This document shows positions 10,451 to 22,711 of a stretch of 43,653 nt of DNA, one piece after another. Origin of the DNA: Sphaerodactylus townsendi (Eukaryota); NCBI RefSeq assembly GCF_021028975.2, contig NC_059428.1, positions 147,952,348-147,996,000 on the forward strand, written 5' to 3'. Numbering within the stretch: the stretch's first letter is position 1; every line of letters begins with the position of its first letter. A program made the position numbers and the translations under genes. The notes under the pieces are model-generated. The model saw only the letters and a list, made by a program, of their open reading frames with translations. It was not told where the DNA came from and did no database searches.

Positions 10451-13400
10451 ATGACCAGTCGGCTGTACGACAGCATAGAGCCCAGCGTCATCGACGACGA
10501 GATGCTCCAGAAGGCGGTGGAAGAGCAGGGGCCGAAGGAAGAGGCGGGCCTGTTGGCCAAGAAGGAAGGGATAAATTTCAAAGACGTCAAAGAGCTGCAG
10601 CTTGATTTCAGAAGTAAAGCTCGGAGTGTGAAGTTTGCAGTCCCAAACCATTGCTCCCTTCTCAGTCCACCAACATCAGTGAGCTTAGAAGGGTACAATT
10701 TGGCTAAGATACAGCCAGTCTGTGCCCGACTGTGTGTTTCTCCCTCGACCTGAGTCGTTTAATTATCTGTTCTCATTTAGACAACATCTGAGAGGAGCTG
10801 TTTTTCCTCGACTTGCCTGTTTCGTTGTGACAGGGCTTGACGAAATGTAAACAGTTATTACTCAGTGGCGTGGGCTGGCTTATCTGGGGGTGGAAAGTCC
10901 TGTCAGGTCAACCCCATAAGCCGTGGTGGCGAACCTTTGGCACTCCAGATGTTATGACTACAATTCCCATCAGCCCCTTCCAGCATGGCCAATTGGGCTG
11001 ATGGGAATTGTAGTCCATAACATCTGGAGTGCCAAAAGTTCGCCACCATTGCCATACGGTTTTCAGGCAAGAGAAGTTCAGGGGTTCTTTACCTTTATCT
11101 GCCTCTTTGTCACAAACCTGGCAATCTCCTATACAAGCCCTAACTGTGGCCAACCCAAGTCACGTTCCCGAATCTGATGAAATCAGGCCAGGTTAAGTAA
11201 TCCAGGTCAGGCCATGTGCTAGGACAGTTCGTGGAGAGCAGTGGTTCCCGAACTAGGATGTTGTGGGTTTTCCAGGTCCCAAACCGCTTCGGACTGCCGC
11301 ACCCTTGGCTCCCAGGCCTGCCCCTAATGCTTCCCCATGCATGCATATGACCATACATCTCTTTCTTGGTATTAGGTCCATTGCAAGTTCGAAACAACTT
11401 CTACCACTGTAAACACATGTATCTATTTCACAATTCAAACATGACCTAGCAAAAGCGAACCAATTAATTGAGCTGTTTTAACGACATGAAAGGGTATGTC
11501 ACCATCTCTCCCATTATGCCTTCATGGTTTTAATGGGACAGGTGTGCTTGGTGCAGGCTTATCTGCTTCTCAGCATCAGGCTGCAAAATACTAAGTCTTA
11601 GATCCCTACATTTCCAGCTTGGAAAGAAGCTGTGACTGCACTGAAGCCCCACTTGACTGAATATCATTTTGGGAAGGCATTGAAGGACCTCTTGACTTTG
11701 TCCCACAGTGCAGGAACAAAGAGCTAGAGTGCTGTACTGGTTAAGAGCAGGTGCATTCTAATCTGGAGAACTGGGTTTGATTCCCCGCTCTGCCAGTTGA
11801 GGTGTGGAGGCTTATCTGGGGAACTAGATTAGCCTGTGCACTGCAACACATGCCAGCTGGGTGACCTTGGGCTTGTCGCAGTTCTTTGGAGCTCTCTCAG
11901 CCCCACCTACCTGACAGGGTGTTTGTTGTGAGGGGGGAAGAGAAAGGAGTTTGTAAGCCCAGGAATTCCTGCACCACCTCCTTACCTCCCCCAAATTTCT
12001 CACCATTTTCCTTGAAGTTTCCTCTGCCCACTTAGGGAATCCCTAATGTGGAGACATACACTGCCACAAGGGCAATCTCATAAGTTGTAACAAAGAGTTT
12101 TTTATTCATTTTAATTTATTAGAAGAAGAAGAAGAAGTAGTAGTAGTAGTAGTAGTTTGGATTTATATCCCCCCTTCCTCTCCTGTAGGAGACTCAAAGA
12201 GGCTTACAATCTCCTTGCACTTCCCCCCTCACAACAAACACCCTGTGAGGAGGGTGGGGCTGAGTGAGCTCCAAAAAGCTGTGACTAGCCCAAGGTCACC
12301 CAGTTGGCGTGTGTGGGAATGTACAGACTAATCTGAATTCCCCAGATAAGCCTCCACAACTCAAGCGGCAGAGCTGGGAATCAAACCCGGTTCCTCCAGA
12401 TCAGAGTGCACCTGCTCTTAGCCACTGCGCTTAGCCACTGCTGCTCCCTATATTTGTTTCATTTATACCTCTCCTTCCCAAAGCAGCCAACATTATTTCC
12501 CTCACCTCCATTTTGTCCTCACAGCAATAGGCTAGGCTGCATGGGTGTGGCTGCCCCAAGGTGTGTAATTTGCCCAAGGGAGCTTCCATGGCAGAGTGGG
12601 GGACTTCGACCTAGGGCTCTTCCATCGTAGTCTGGCACAGTAATCTCTCCTGGCTGTCCATTTAACACCTGCCGCCTCAAAATACATGGCTGTTTTGATT
12701 CCAGATATCTTGAAGATAGACAATCTCTGGCAGTTCATCAGTCTGACAAAACTGCAGTTGGACAACAACGTCATAGAGAAGATAGAGGGTCTGGACAGTC
12801 TGGTTCACCTGGTCTGGCTAGGTAAGGCATTGAAATGAAGGCTGTTTGATGTTCCTCTGTGGCAAGCATTTTATTATAGGAATTAGTGTGGTGTACAAGA
12901 GCCAGTGGTGGTTAAGAGCAGGTGCACTCTAATCTGGAGAACTGGGTTTGATTCCCCACTCTGCCTCTTAAGTTGTGGAGGCTTGTCTGGTGAACCAGAT
13001 TAGCTTGTGCACTCCAACACATGCCAGTTGGGCTAGTCACAGTTCTTCGGAGCTCTCTCAGCCTCACCCACCTCACAGGGTGTTTGTTGGGGGGGGGGGA
13101 GTCAGCCCCTTTGAGTCTCCTTACAGGAGAGAAAGGGGGGATATAAATCCAAACTCTTCCTTCCTGTGTCTGGCAATCACCTGGGCAACCTTTTGGGAAG
13201 GGTTTGGGTGTGGAGCTGGGTTCGCCTCATCCTCCCAGAAAATGACAAGCGCCATTTTCCTCTTGGTCCGGTGTTCGAGTTTTGCTGCTCACCCAGATTT
13301 GGGATTGGCCCGGCGAACATTAAATACAAAACCCTGCATGCTTATTCGATGACGAACAGAAGGAGATGGGAATCTGGCATTCTCCAAAGAGTCTAGCTTG

Positions 13401-16400
13401 CTCTGCCTGTGTGGCTGCATTCATTATTAGGTTCTGCTGCATAATAGAAGCGCTTTGTTTCCGCCGCTATGTCTGGGCCTCGGCCTGTTAGGAAAACATG
13501 ACCTCATCAGGAAGCCTTTTGTTTAAAAGACTGACATGTCGTGAATCACATTCTTTTCATAACCTTCTTTTCCTTATTAGTTACATTTTTGAGGTTTCTG
13601 TAGGCATAAATCAGAACTTGCACTGGACATGCGTGTCCGTGCCTGTGAAAGAGAAATGTGTATGCTTTCGTGGTATTCCAGTCCAGGAGCACCTTAGAAA
13701 CCTACAACGTTCTCAGAGAATAACATTTGAAGAGTCAAAACTCTCTTCATTAGATCTGAAAATATTGTGGGCCTCTAAGGTGCTACTGCAGACCAACACA
13801 GTGACCCCTTGAAAACAGTTAGAACTGAAATTGTAGGCAGAGGATACCTGAAAGGGGAACAGAGGATACAGTTGCAAGAATGGAAATTTCAGGATTCTTA
13901 GACAGGATCTTATCTTCCCAACCAACCACAGAGAGAGGCTTAGGGAGCTGGGGATGTTTACTCTGGAGAAGAAAAGGTTAAGAGGTGACATGATAGCCAT
14001 GTTTAGATATTTGAAGGGATGTCACGTTGGTGAGGGAGCAAGCTTGTTTTCTGCTGCTCCAGAGACGAGGACCAGGAGTAACGGGTTCAAGGTGAAGGAA
14101 AAGAGATTCCACCTAAATATCATGCGCTGCCTTGGAGGGTGGTGGAGTCTCCTTCTTTGGAGGTTTTTAAAGAGAGGCTTGATGCCCATCTGTCAGGAGT
14201 GCTTTGATTGTGCATTGCAGGGGGTCGGACTTGATGACCCTTGGCGACTCTTCCAATTCTATGATTCTAATTTGATGCAGCAGCTGCAGAGACCGTTGAG
14301 CCCAATCCATTTTTTTAATCCACTTGCCCAAATACAAAATGACCTAGTGAGTAAAGATTTCCCTTGACAGCATTTGAACCGTTTGGCAATGGTGAAATCC
14401 AACAAGGAAGTTCTTTTCCACCATTCCCTCCAGACCTGTCCTTCAACAACATCGAAGTCATCGAAGGCCTCAACGCCCTGGTGAACTTGAAGGACCTCAG
14501 CTTGTTCAACAACAGGATCTCCACGATCGAGAACCTGGACAGGCTGCAACAGCTTCAGATATTCTCGATTGGGAATAACAACATTGGAATCCTAGAAAAT
14601 GTACGTGTCAGCGAAGGGGAGCCGTCCGGGGCTCCAGTTCTGGGCACGCGGGCTCAGAGGTGTAAAAGATGGTAGAATTATGCAGAGGGGCAGAGATTCA
14701 AAGGTTCCTTTTCCTCATCTTCCCCACCGCAGCTCATCTACCTCAGGAAGTTCAAACATTTGCGCACTTTGAACCTTGCTGGGAATCCGGTGTGTGAAAA
14801 CGAGGCGTATACCTTGTACATTGCAGCCTATCTCCCAGACCTCGTATACCTGGATTTCAGGATGCTGGAAGACAGCACGGTAAGAGCCTGAGTGTCAGGT
14901 CTCGGACCTTGAAGCAATAAACGGACTCTGGATTGGCGATCAGCAGCGTTCATTGATAGGCGTCGAGGCACCCAGCTTGGCAAAGCCAGTTCTGGCAAAC
15001 CTGGCTTTTGCTATCCCCTTTATTCCGATGACAGTCCCCCCTCACATTTTCCCAAAGAATGTGAGAAAGATCGATCGAGATAAAGCCACCTGGCCTCCTG
15101 CCTCCACAGGGCAATGGAAACATCCTGTTTCCCAAGAGACCAAAAGTGTCAGGGATAAGCCCAGTTACCTACTCGGCATGTGAAGCCATAAAGCGAAAGA
15201 TCAAGGAAAAATGTCCCAGTACAGCAGTGGTAACATGTAGCAGGCTGGTTACATGTATTTACATTTACATTGAGTTTGGAATGCATCTCAATCAACTAGA
15301 TACAATCCCTGACGCTGAAGTACGCTTTACCCTTTTCCCTTAAGGTATAGAAATATTCTTAAGCCTACGATAGCCTCCTCTTCTCATCTGGGTGACCTTG
15401 GGCGAGTCACAGTTCTTTGGAGCTCTCTCAGCCCCACCTACTTCACAGGGTGTTTGTTGCGGGGTAGGGGGGGGGAGGAAATGGATATTGTAAGCCCCTT
15501 TGAGTCTCCTTACAGGAGAAAGGGGGGTTATAAATCCAAACTCCTCCTCCATATCCAGGTCCCATAAGAACTTTTGGTTTTATCATAGAGTTTCTGACGA
15601 TTCCTAGAACTCCCCTGAGTCACTACTGGGTAGTTCTAGGAATCATCAGGAACTCTATGGTAAGAACTTCCTTTGAGGCGTTATTTTTCTTTTTAATTTA
15701 ATTAAGGCCTGCACTGTATACTGCCTCTGTTCCCAAACAGCTGCTCCAGCAAACCAGACTTGTAGATACATCCGTCTCCCTGAGTAGGCTTTGAAAATTG
15801 AGTAGGCTGTGCTGTACATTTTACGCTTGGGGGGGGGGGGGTTGCCTTCCATTATGTATGAAATACCAGTATGCATGCATCTCGAGAAGAAGAGATGGAA
15901 GCAGGGGAGAAGCGGTGGCTATTAGGCAAAAGGCCCAGGAGGCCGAGCAGAAGGAACTGGAGTATCACAAGGTAAATTTCCTCCATTTGGTTGGATGTCT
16001 GTCACCAGAGCAGACAGAAGACCCAAGAGGTATTGGACTCTCTCCCACACTGGCAAAGCTTCAATATAATTGGGATAAAACTGGCACAGAAACTGATCTC
16101 TGCCGGGCATAACTGTTGCCCTTCAGAAGGCAGGGTTTGAGAGAAATATAATTCTTTGCGCCAAACCGGTGCAGCCCTAAATATGTGAGGAAATGCCAAA
16201 AGATGAAATTGAGTATTGAGGTAAAATAGAGTATTAGGTATACCAGTTTAACTTAGCAGGGAGCAGGAAGGAATTTTTTAGAACCATCAAATTTAAAATA
16301 TATTTGTGTTTCCTCTTGGTTTTTCCGCTTGGCTGCACCCTCCGACCTCCAAGGCGGCTTATGTAGAATATCTCAATGGCTCCTTCCTCTTCGACAGCAT

Positions 16401-19400
16401 GTACGCAGAGGACCCTGAGGCTTCCAAACTGGCGTACCTCCCTGGTGTGCCAGAGCTGCTGGAGACATATCCTGTCTGGTTTGGAACTGAACTGACAGCA
16501 CATTTGGAGAACTCCACCTCTGCCCGCTTCTTGGCTTGAGAGCCCCCTGGGCTGGAGGGAGTATACGGTTTTGGAATCAACTAGACGTAGTCTAGGGTAT
16601 GATTTTGGGGGTCTGAGCTTTTGAAAATCTAAGCCGGGGCGGAGTGAGGGGGAACTGCGCCTGGGGCACCTGCCACGCCCCCCCCCCCACAGCTCTACGC
16701 CACAAGTTCCCCATTAATCACTGAAAGTTTGTTCTACCTTAAGAGAAACAGAAAGAATTCCAAGCCAAGTATTTAAAATTCAGCACGCAACGCTTTAAAG
16801 GACAACTTGTGTTCTCCAAAGGACTTCGCTCTACGTTGCCTGCAATTGAATGCATAAGAAGCTTTAGCAGTTGTTAATCCACTGTGTGTTAGGTCTCAAA
16901 CCTTGAAGCTATAAACAGACTCTGTATTGTTGATCAGCAGTGTTTATTGATTGGCTTCGAAGCACCCCTCTGGACGAAACCAGCTCTGGTGAACCGGGCT
17001 TTTGCTATCCCCTTTATTCCGATGTTAGCCCCCCATCCCATTTTCCCAAGAAATGTGAGAAAGAGTTAGTTTGGAGGCGAGGCACCCCAAGGTCGGCGAT
17101 AGACTGAGATAGAGACCCACCTGGCATCCTGCCCCCACGAGATAACAGAAACAATCCCACTTCTCATGAGACCAAAGTGTCAGGGGAAAGCCTAGTTATC
17201 TACTCGGTGTGTGAAGCCATAAAGTAAAGATCAAGGAAAGAATGCCCCAGAATAGCAGTGGCAACATATAGCAGGCTGGTTACATATACCTTGTAGCAAT
17301 TACATTGAGTTAGGAATGCATCTCAATCACCTGGACACTGTGTAGTGCTGCAAATTTTGGTTGATTTATAGTAATCATTTTCAACGTATTGTAATCAAAT
17401 TATCAGGACTTCCTGATGCATTTGAGTGATATTTTGTGAGCCGATAGCGAGTTCACACTGCACTTCAAAGCTCTTTAGTAGAAATCCTTTAATGTTAATT
17501 ACTAACTTGTGGTACATACGGCTGTTGTTATCACCTTCTGTGTACCACTGTTTGCTTCGCCCACAAGCGGCAGTATTTCCTTGACTCCTGGCGCCACTTA
17601 CAAGAGTAAATTTGTTGACATCTGCATGACCCTGTCCGACTACGGCCTGAAGCAGCACGAGAAGCGGAAGGCTGAGGTGGCCCTTTTCAACGAGTGTCTC
17701 AGCGAAGCCCTGGACGACAACCGCAAACAGGGGAACAAGATCATGGCCGATTTCGAAGAGAAGCACAGCCAGGTATGTGGCCAACCATTTTCTTGTTGTC
17801 ACCTGTCAAAGCTGCTGTATTATTTTGTCCCCCTAGCAAGTCGGGAGGCTGGGGACTCCTTGGGTGATGACATCAGCCTCCGTATTTGCCTATCTTGTCT
17901 TCCCCAATGGTTTTTCCCATGGTCTGTAAATGTAGCCTCTCCCTGGAGAGTTGCTGGAGTTAGAGAGAATGTTGCTTGAGCCAACTGGAACTGTTGTGGG
18001 TGACAAAATAATGTTCTTATTTCGATGCCAGCCACCTGGTTGGGGGAAGCCCCTCGCCCTGTAGAGTATATCAACCCTCATGTCTCCTAAGTTACTTCAG
18101 ATCTGGCTATAGAAGTATACAGTTTCAAATCCTGCATAGAACTTCAATAAAGAATATCTACCTCTGAATTCGCTTTTTAATGTATTTTAATATTTTAATG
18201 TCTCAGTTAGTGGATAAATGCCCTTTTTACTAACTCTGTAATTTAAATTGCCAATAAAGGCTTTGCAATTGGAATTGGAATTCGCTTTTGACGTCTATAG
18301 CACGGAACCTTACACTTGTGTTTATTTGTTACAGAATAAAACATTTTACACCTTGTTTTTCCTGGAGGTCCGTAATAGCGAAAAAGCATTTTCAGTTCAA
18401 ACCCAGAAATCAAGAGCAAACCCCAATCTCTTGCCGCCCCCTTAGAAGATGCATCCCATTCAAAAACCCTCAAAAGCTGTCTTTGCGGTGGCTCTGAAAG
18501 ATCTCTGACGATGGGCCCCCTCTCACCTCTTCGGGGAGCCAGTTCCACAGACCTGGGGCCACAGTGGAAAAGTCCTGGGCTCTGGTCGATGCCAGACGGG
18601 TCACCCGATGCAGCAGGATAGCCAAAAAGATGGCCGTAACTGGCAAACAGGGAGGGAGCTCAGTTTACGGAACACCCGAAACTGCCTTTATCATCCCTTC
18701 CTATAGAATAGAATCACAGAATTGGAAGAGACCCCCAAATCCTTTGGGGCTGCGACTGCAGTAGGCAAAGATCATAGAATCATAGGGTCATTCCGCACAT
18801 GCAGAATAATGCACTTTCAAACTGCTTTTAGTGCTCTTTGAAGCTGTGCAGAATAGCAAAATCCGCTTGCAAACAGTTGTGAAAGTGGTTTGAAAACGCA
18901 TTATTTTGCGTGTGCGGAAGGGGCCGTAGAGTCGGAAGAGACTCCAAGGGCCATCAAGTCCAACCTCCTTCAATGCAGGAACACACAATCAAAGCACTCC
19001 CGACAGATGTTCATCCAGCCTCTGTCTAAAAACCTCCAAAGGAGACTCCACCACACTCAGAGGCAGTGCATTCCACTGTCGAACAGCCCTGACGGTCAGG
19101 AAGTTCTTCCTAATGTTTAGGTAGGATCTCTTTTCCTTCACCTTGAACCCCTTCCTCCTGGTCCTAGTCTCTGGAGCAGCAGAAAACAAGCTTGCTCCCT
19201 CACCAACAGGACATCCCTTCAAATATCTAGCCATGGCTATCATGTCACCTCTTCACCTTCTCTTCACCAAACTAAACATCCCCAGCTCCCCAAGTCTCTC
19301 CTTGTAGGGCATGGACTCCAGACCTTTGGCCATTTAGGTCGCCCTCCTCTGGATCCGTTCCAGCTTGTCAGTATCCTTCTTGAGCTGCGGTGTCCTGGGC

Positions 19401-22213
19401 ACTCGGTTCTAACCCTCAGTGGCTGCTTGGGATCTTGGGCACAGAAATCTTTTCCCAACACTGGCTCCTTGAGATCTGCACTTTTCCACAACTGCACTCT
19501 GATGTAAGGACCAGTTGCACCCCGGCCTGGGAGAGTCGTTTCAATGAAGCCCACACATTCCTACATAGCATCGCTCTAACTTATGCCACAAGCAATCACA
19601 TCTGGGATGCCACAACCTCCCATCCTCCCCTGGAGATGATGACAAGACCAAGGTTTTCAGGGTCTTGGCAAAGAAAAAGTGTTGTTCTGCTGTGAAGCTG
19701 ATCACTAATATTCCTCTCTGTCTCTTGGCGGGGGCGCCGTTTGCAGGCAATGGATGCGATTCAGAACACCAGCGAGACTGACATTTTGGACTCTAAACTC
19801 CAGGCGTACACAGATGACATCAGAACACTCTCCGAAACGCTGATGACTCTGGAGATGCAGCTGGTCGACCAGTTGGAGGTGAGGCCAAAGCAGTGCGAGG
19901 GTCCCTTCCCAGCGTGACATTTTATGGGGTGTATTTTTGAGACTCGAGCAGGACACACTCAATACTGGGGTGCTGTGTGGTTTCCGGGCTGTATGGCCGT
20001 GCTCTAGCAGCATTCTCTCTGGCCCCGTTTAAGCCTGCCATCTGCTTGGCTACGGCATCTTCCAGGAGGAGTCTGATGGGACCATCAGATCCTCTGAAGA
20101 TCTCAACAACCGATATAACGTCAGGATACTTAAACTACACCAACTATCCAATGATTCCGGCCGTGAAAGCCTTCGACAATACACTCAATATTCCTCCAAC
20201 GGGTCATAAGGGGAAATCACTAGGAACTGCCTTTCCTGCTGTGTCCCTCGCCACCGTTGATCTTATTGAGGCAAACCCTCAGGGTTCACAAGAACACAGC
20301 TTGAAAGCCACTGAGATCTCTGAATCCATTCCTAGACTTTCCAACTAAACCACTCAAGCAGCGGAGCTGGAGAATATAATGGCCCCAGACCACAGAGTTA
20401 CATCTTCCCCACCTCGGTTATCTTGTGATAATTAACAGTCAGAGACAACAGGAATAAAATTCCTCCGGGCGTCTAAAGGCTGGATTTCATTTCAGCGTGT
20501 TTGGGTTCTCTAGAAAGCATGCGCCCTTTTCGTGCTTTTCTCTCCTGTGCAGGAAGTCATCAAAGATTTTGAACGGAACATTTCTGACCTTGTGTCCCTC
20601 TTCATAGAAAATGAACAAGGGCTATATCCTTCCCGTGGCCCAAGGGCAGGTTTGTTCAGGACTTGAATCACTCAACATATTTGAGATTTCCAAAGCTGAC
20701 ACTTGAAAGCTTGAAGGAGGGCCTCATAAAAAGGGTCAGGAACAAGAGGGCACGAGTTGCAGGTTGCTAGACTTTCGAGCCTTCTTGAAAGGATCCGCAG
20801 TCATTTTAGAGGTGACTCTTAGAGGTAAATAAAAATGGGCTGATGTTTGGCTGAATTTTATAGAGGGAGGGGTTACTGTGTGCCTCTGGCTGATTTATTT
20901 TCTTCGTTTATATTCCATGTTTCCCTCCAGTGGGGACCTAAAACAGCTTAAATGGTTCTCCTCTCCTCCATATTGTCCTCTCAACAGCCCTGTGAAGAAG
21001 GTTAAATGGAGTGTGAGCAGCTGGAGACCCCAGATGGTAACAAATGCAGAGAAAGGCAGAGCAAAATTGTTTTGAGGGGGAAAAGACAGGGCTGGGGAGT
21101 GTTTCAGCAGCCTTGGCCAAAATGGAGAATATCTGAGGGCTCTGCCAAGGCTTCCATTGTTGTTGACACTGAGGAGTCCTTTGCCACCATCTTGGTTTGT
21201 GCCAAGGCCTCTGCTGTTGTTGACACTAGGGAGCCCTTTGCTGCCATCTTGGTTTGTGCCACGGCCTCTGTTGTTGTTGACACTAGGGAGTCCTTTGCCT
21301 CTGTGTTGACTTGTGCCAAAATGAGTCCATGAGTGACCCGCACCTTGCTGAACATGGCCCCCCTTGAAAACTGGTTGCCGGGCCCGGGTATAGAGCAGGA
21401 AAGCCAGACTTCTGCAGGTAGGCAGGCCTCTTTGCCTTTGCTTTCTGGATTTTTCTTAATCTCTCCCCATACGATGGCACAGTGCCGGGATCTTGAGAAT
21501 CATCACCACGAGAAGCTTCTTGAAATAGCCATCAACACGCTGGAGAAAATAATCAAAAGCGAGTTGGACGAAGACATACCAGACGACGTCCGGATGGTGA
21601 GACCTTCCCCCTCCTTTGTTGGTGTATTCCTGCCTGGCAGGGGGCTGGACTTGTGGTCTCTCCCAACTCTATGATTCCTCCTCCCCCAGCCCAAAGCTCT
21701 CTGGGTGCAAATCTTTGGAAAGAGAGCGGCGTTTGCTTTTATCCCATGGTAAATCAACACTTCCCTTCCTAGCTCTTCGTGGACAAGGACACGATTGTCA
21801 ACGCCGTCAATGCCTCCCATGATATCCACCTCCTGAAGATCGACAACCGGGAAGATGAGATCATCACCAAAGCCAATAGCTGGGCTTCTGCACTGTTAGG
21901 CACGGTAAGTAAAGCCCGACTGTCCCCCTGCAAACAGGTCCTCTGCTGACCCCTTTGTTGCTCTGAAAGCAGCAGGGCCTCGGTAGGGTTGGCCACCAAC
22001 ACAAAAGAATGACGGCCCCGGAACAAGCAGCCTCCCGCCCAGCTGACCTTCGGAGGGCATCCTCGAGCAGGCCAAGGATGCCACCCTCGATTTCCTGTCC
22101 TCCAGATTCACAAAAACGAAATAACGAGAAACCGCAACCGCGTGAAGGAGATCAACCAATTCATAGACCACCTCCACAACGAGCTGGAAAACATGGACGT
22201 TCTGGATCAGTAG
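10451..22213 (+). CDS. DRC3: Dynein regulatory complex subunit 3 (LRRC48), leucine-rich repeat ciliary protein, about 522 aa
   Basis: Coding exons: 10451-10613, 12705-12821, 14434-14600, 14733-14879, ~15852-15971 (5' end garbled), 16354-16466, 17598-17772, 19747-19878, 20553-20623, 21473-21596, 21773-21904, 22106-22213 (TAG). LRR motifs (LTKLQLDNNVIEKIEGL, DLSFNNIEVIEGL, DLSLFNNRISTIENL) and C-terminal MAQCRDLENHHHEKLLE, LFVDKDTIVNAVNASHDIHLLKIDNRED. Two introns are AT-AC. Confidence 0.94.
10921..11051. mobile_element. hAT-type palindromic MITE (family 1)
   Basis: Same arms as 4446-4569; degenerate flanking repeat CCATAAG / CCATACG. Confidence 0.87.
11727..11960 (+). mobile_element. tRNA/CORE-type SINE (Squam3-like)
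   Basis: A/B boxes and CORE-like block. Confidence 0.82.
12121..12443 (-). mobile_element. tRNA/CORE-type SINE (Squam3-like) with (AAG)n(TAG)n tail
   Basis: Near-identical to 41461-41752. Confidence 0.87.
12886..13163 (+). mobile_element. tRNA/CORE-type SINE (Squam3-like)
   Basis: A/B boxes; 3' end ATAAATCCAAACTCTTC. Confidence 0.82.
13930..14268 (+). mobile_element. CR1 LINE 3' fragment, subfamily B
   Basis: [26 protein letters not shown]; tail TTCTATGATTCT. Confidence 0.9.
14893..15314 (-). mobile_element. Solo LTR, copy 1
   Basis: Termini TGTCAGG...CCTGACG; flanks CTGAG / CTGAA; homologous along its length to 16887-17337. Orientation inferred from the minus-strand AATAAA in copy 2. Confidence 0.72.
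15388..15550 (+). mobile_element. Squam3-like SINE, 3' half
   Basis: CTGGGTGACCTTGGGC...ATAAATCCAAACTCCTCC. Confidence 0.8.
16467..17597 (+). other. U12-type AT-AC intron 1 of DRC3
   Basis: 5' ss ATATCCTG at 16467, branch point TTCCTTGAC 17577-17585, terminal CAC at 17597; joining gives in-frame ELLET-YKSKFVDIC. Confidence 0.9.
16887..17337 (-). mobile_element. Solo LTR, copy 2
   Basis: TG...CA termini and a perfect 5-bp TSD CTGTG (16882-16886, 17338-17342). Confidence 0.8.
18768..19395 (-). mobile_element. CR1 LINE 3' fragment, subfamily B, interrupted by a MITE in its tail
   Basis: Minus [32 protein letters not shown]; the tail ATCATAGAATCATA is split from the body by the insert at 18785-18925. 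Confidence 0.88.
18785..18925. mobile_element. PIF/Harbinger-like MITE
   Basis: Imperfect TIR GG.TCATTCCGCACA / TGTGCGGAAGGGGCC; near-identical to 43020-43160. Confidence 0.78.
19965..20180. mobile_element. Penelope-like element remnant with internally inverted end
   Basis: Flanked by the 10-bp direct repeat ACACTCAATA (19955-19964, 20181-20190); ends in ATTCCGGCCGTGAAAGCCTTCGACAAT, shared with 25831-25857. Confidence 0.7.
20624..21472 (+). other. U12-type AT-AC intron 2 of DRC3
   Basis: 5' ss ATATCCTT at 20624, branch-like TTTCTTAAT 21452-21460, terminal TAC at 21472; joining gives in-frame ENEQGL-MAQCRDLE. Confidence 0.9.
21143..21320. repeat. 57-bp tandem repeat, 3 copies
   Basis: TGCCAAGGC.TC...TGTTGTTGACACT...GAG.CCTTTGC..CCATCTTGGTTTG. 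Confidence 0.9.
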
Positions 22214-22711
22214 CGGGCTTTTGACAGTGCCAGTAGCCACTTCTTCCCCGGTTTCGGACACCTGTTAGCTAGAAAGCAAACCCGGCGGGAGGTCTCCCTT
22301 CACAGCCCCCTGAAAATGCTCCTCTTCCCCCCAAAAAACGAGAATTAACCTGATGGAAAGGGAGGGGAATCAGCCCCAGGAGTTTTTAACGACTCAAACG
22401 AGCAGGGTTTTGTTTAAAAAAACCCAGCCTGCATGGAAATTTAAGAGGGATCGCAGTTCTCGGAAGAAGCGGGTGCAGCAGCCACAAATCATCTCCCTGT
22501 TACCCTCCCGCACATTCATCACAACCAGACGGGACATCTTTGTGAAAGGTTTTGTGTTCAACAGCAGCGATGCAAAGACAGACCTGTCAGGCAACACTAG
22601 TTAGGTTTGTAGGTCACCGAGAGGCAACAGCCACTCATAGCAGGGAATGAATGGGGAGCCCCCACAGGGCAAAGCCATTCCATGGCCCTGGAACCTACCA
22701 ATTGTGAAGCT

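Noticed and set aside
14893-17337. Single provirus that captured DRC3 exons
   Set aside because: Each LTR has its own flanking duplication, no PBS or gag/pol sequence is visible, and the enclosed exons are collinear parts of DRC3.
10451-22213. DRC3 as a pseudogene
   Set aside because: The non-GT-AG junctions are explained by U12 introns, 11 of 12 exons are intact, and the one bad exon looks like an assembly error.
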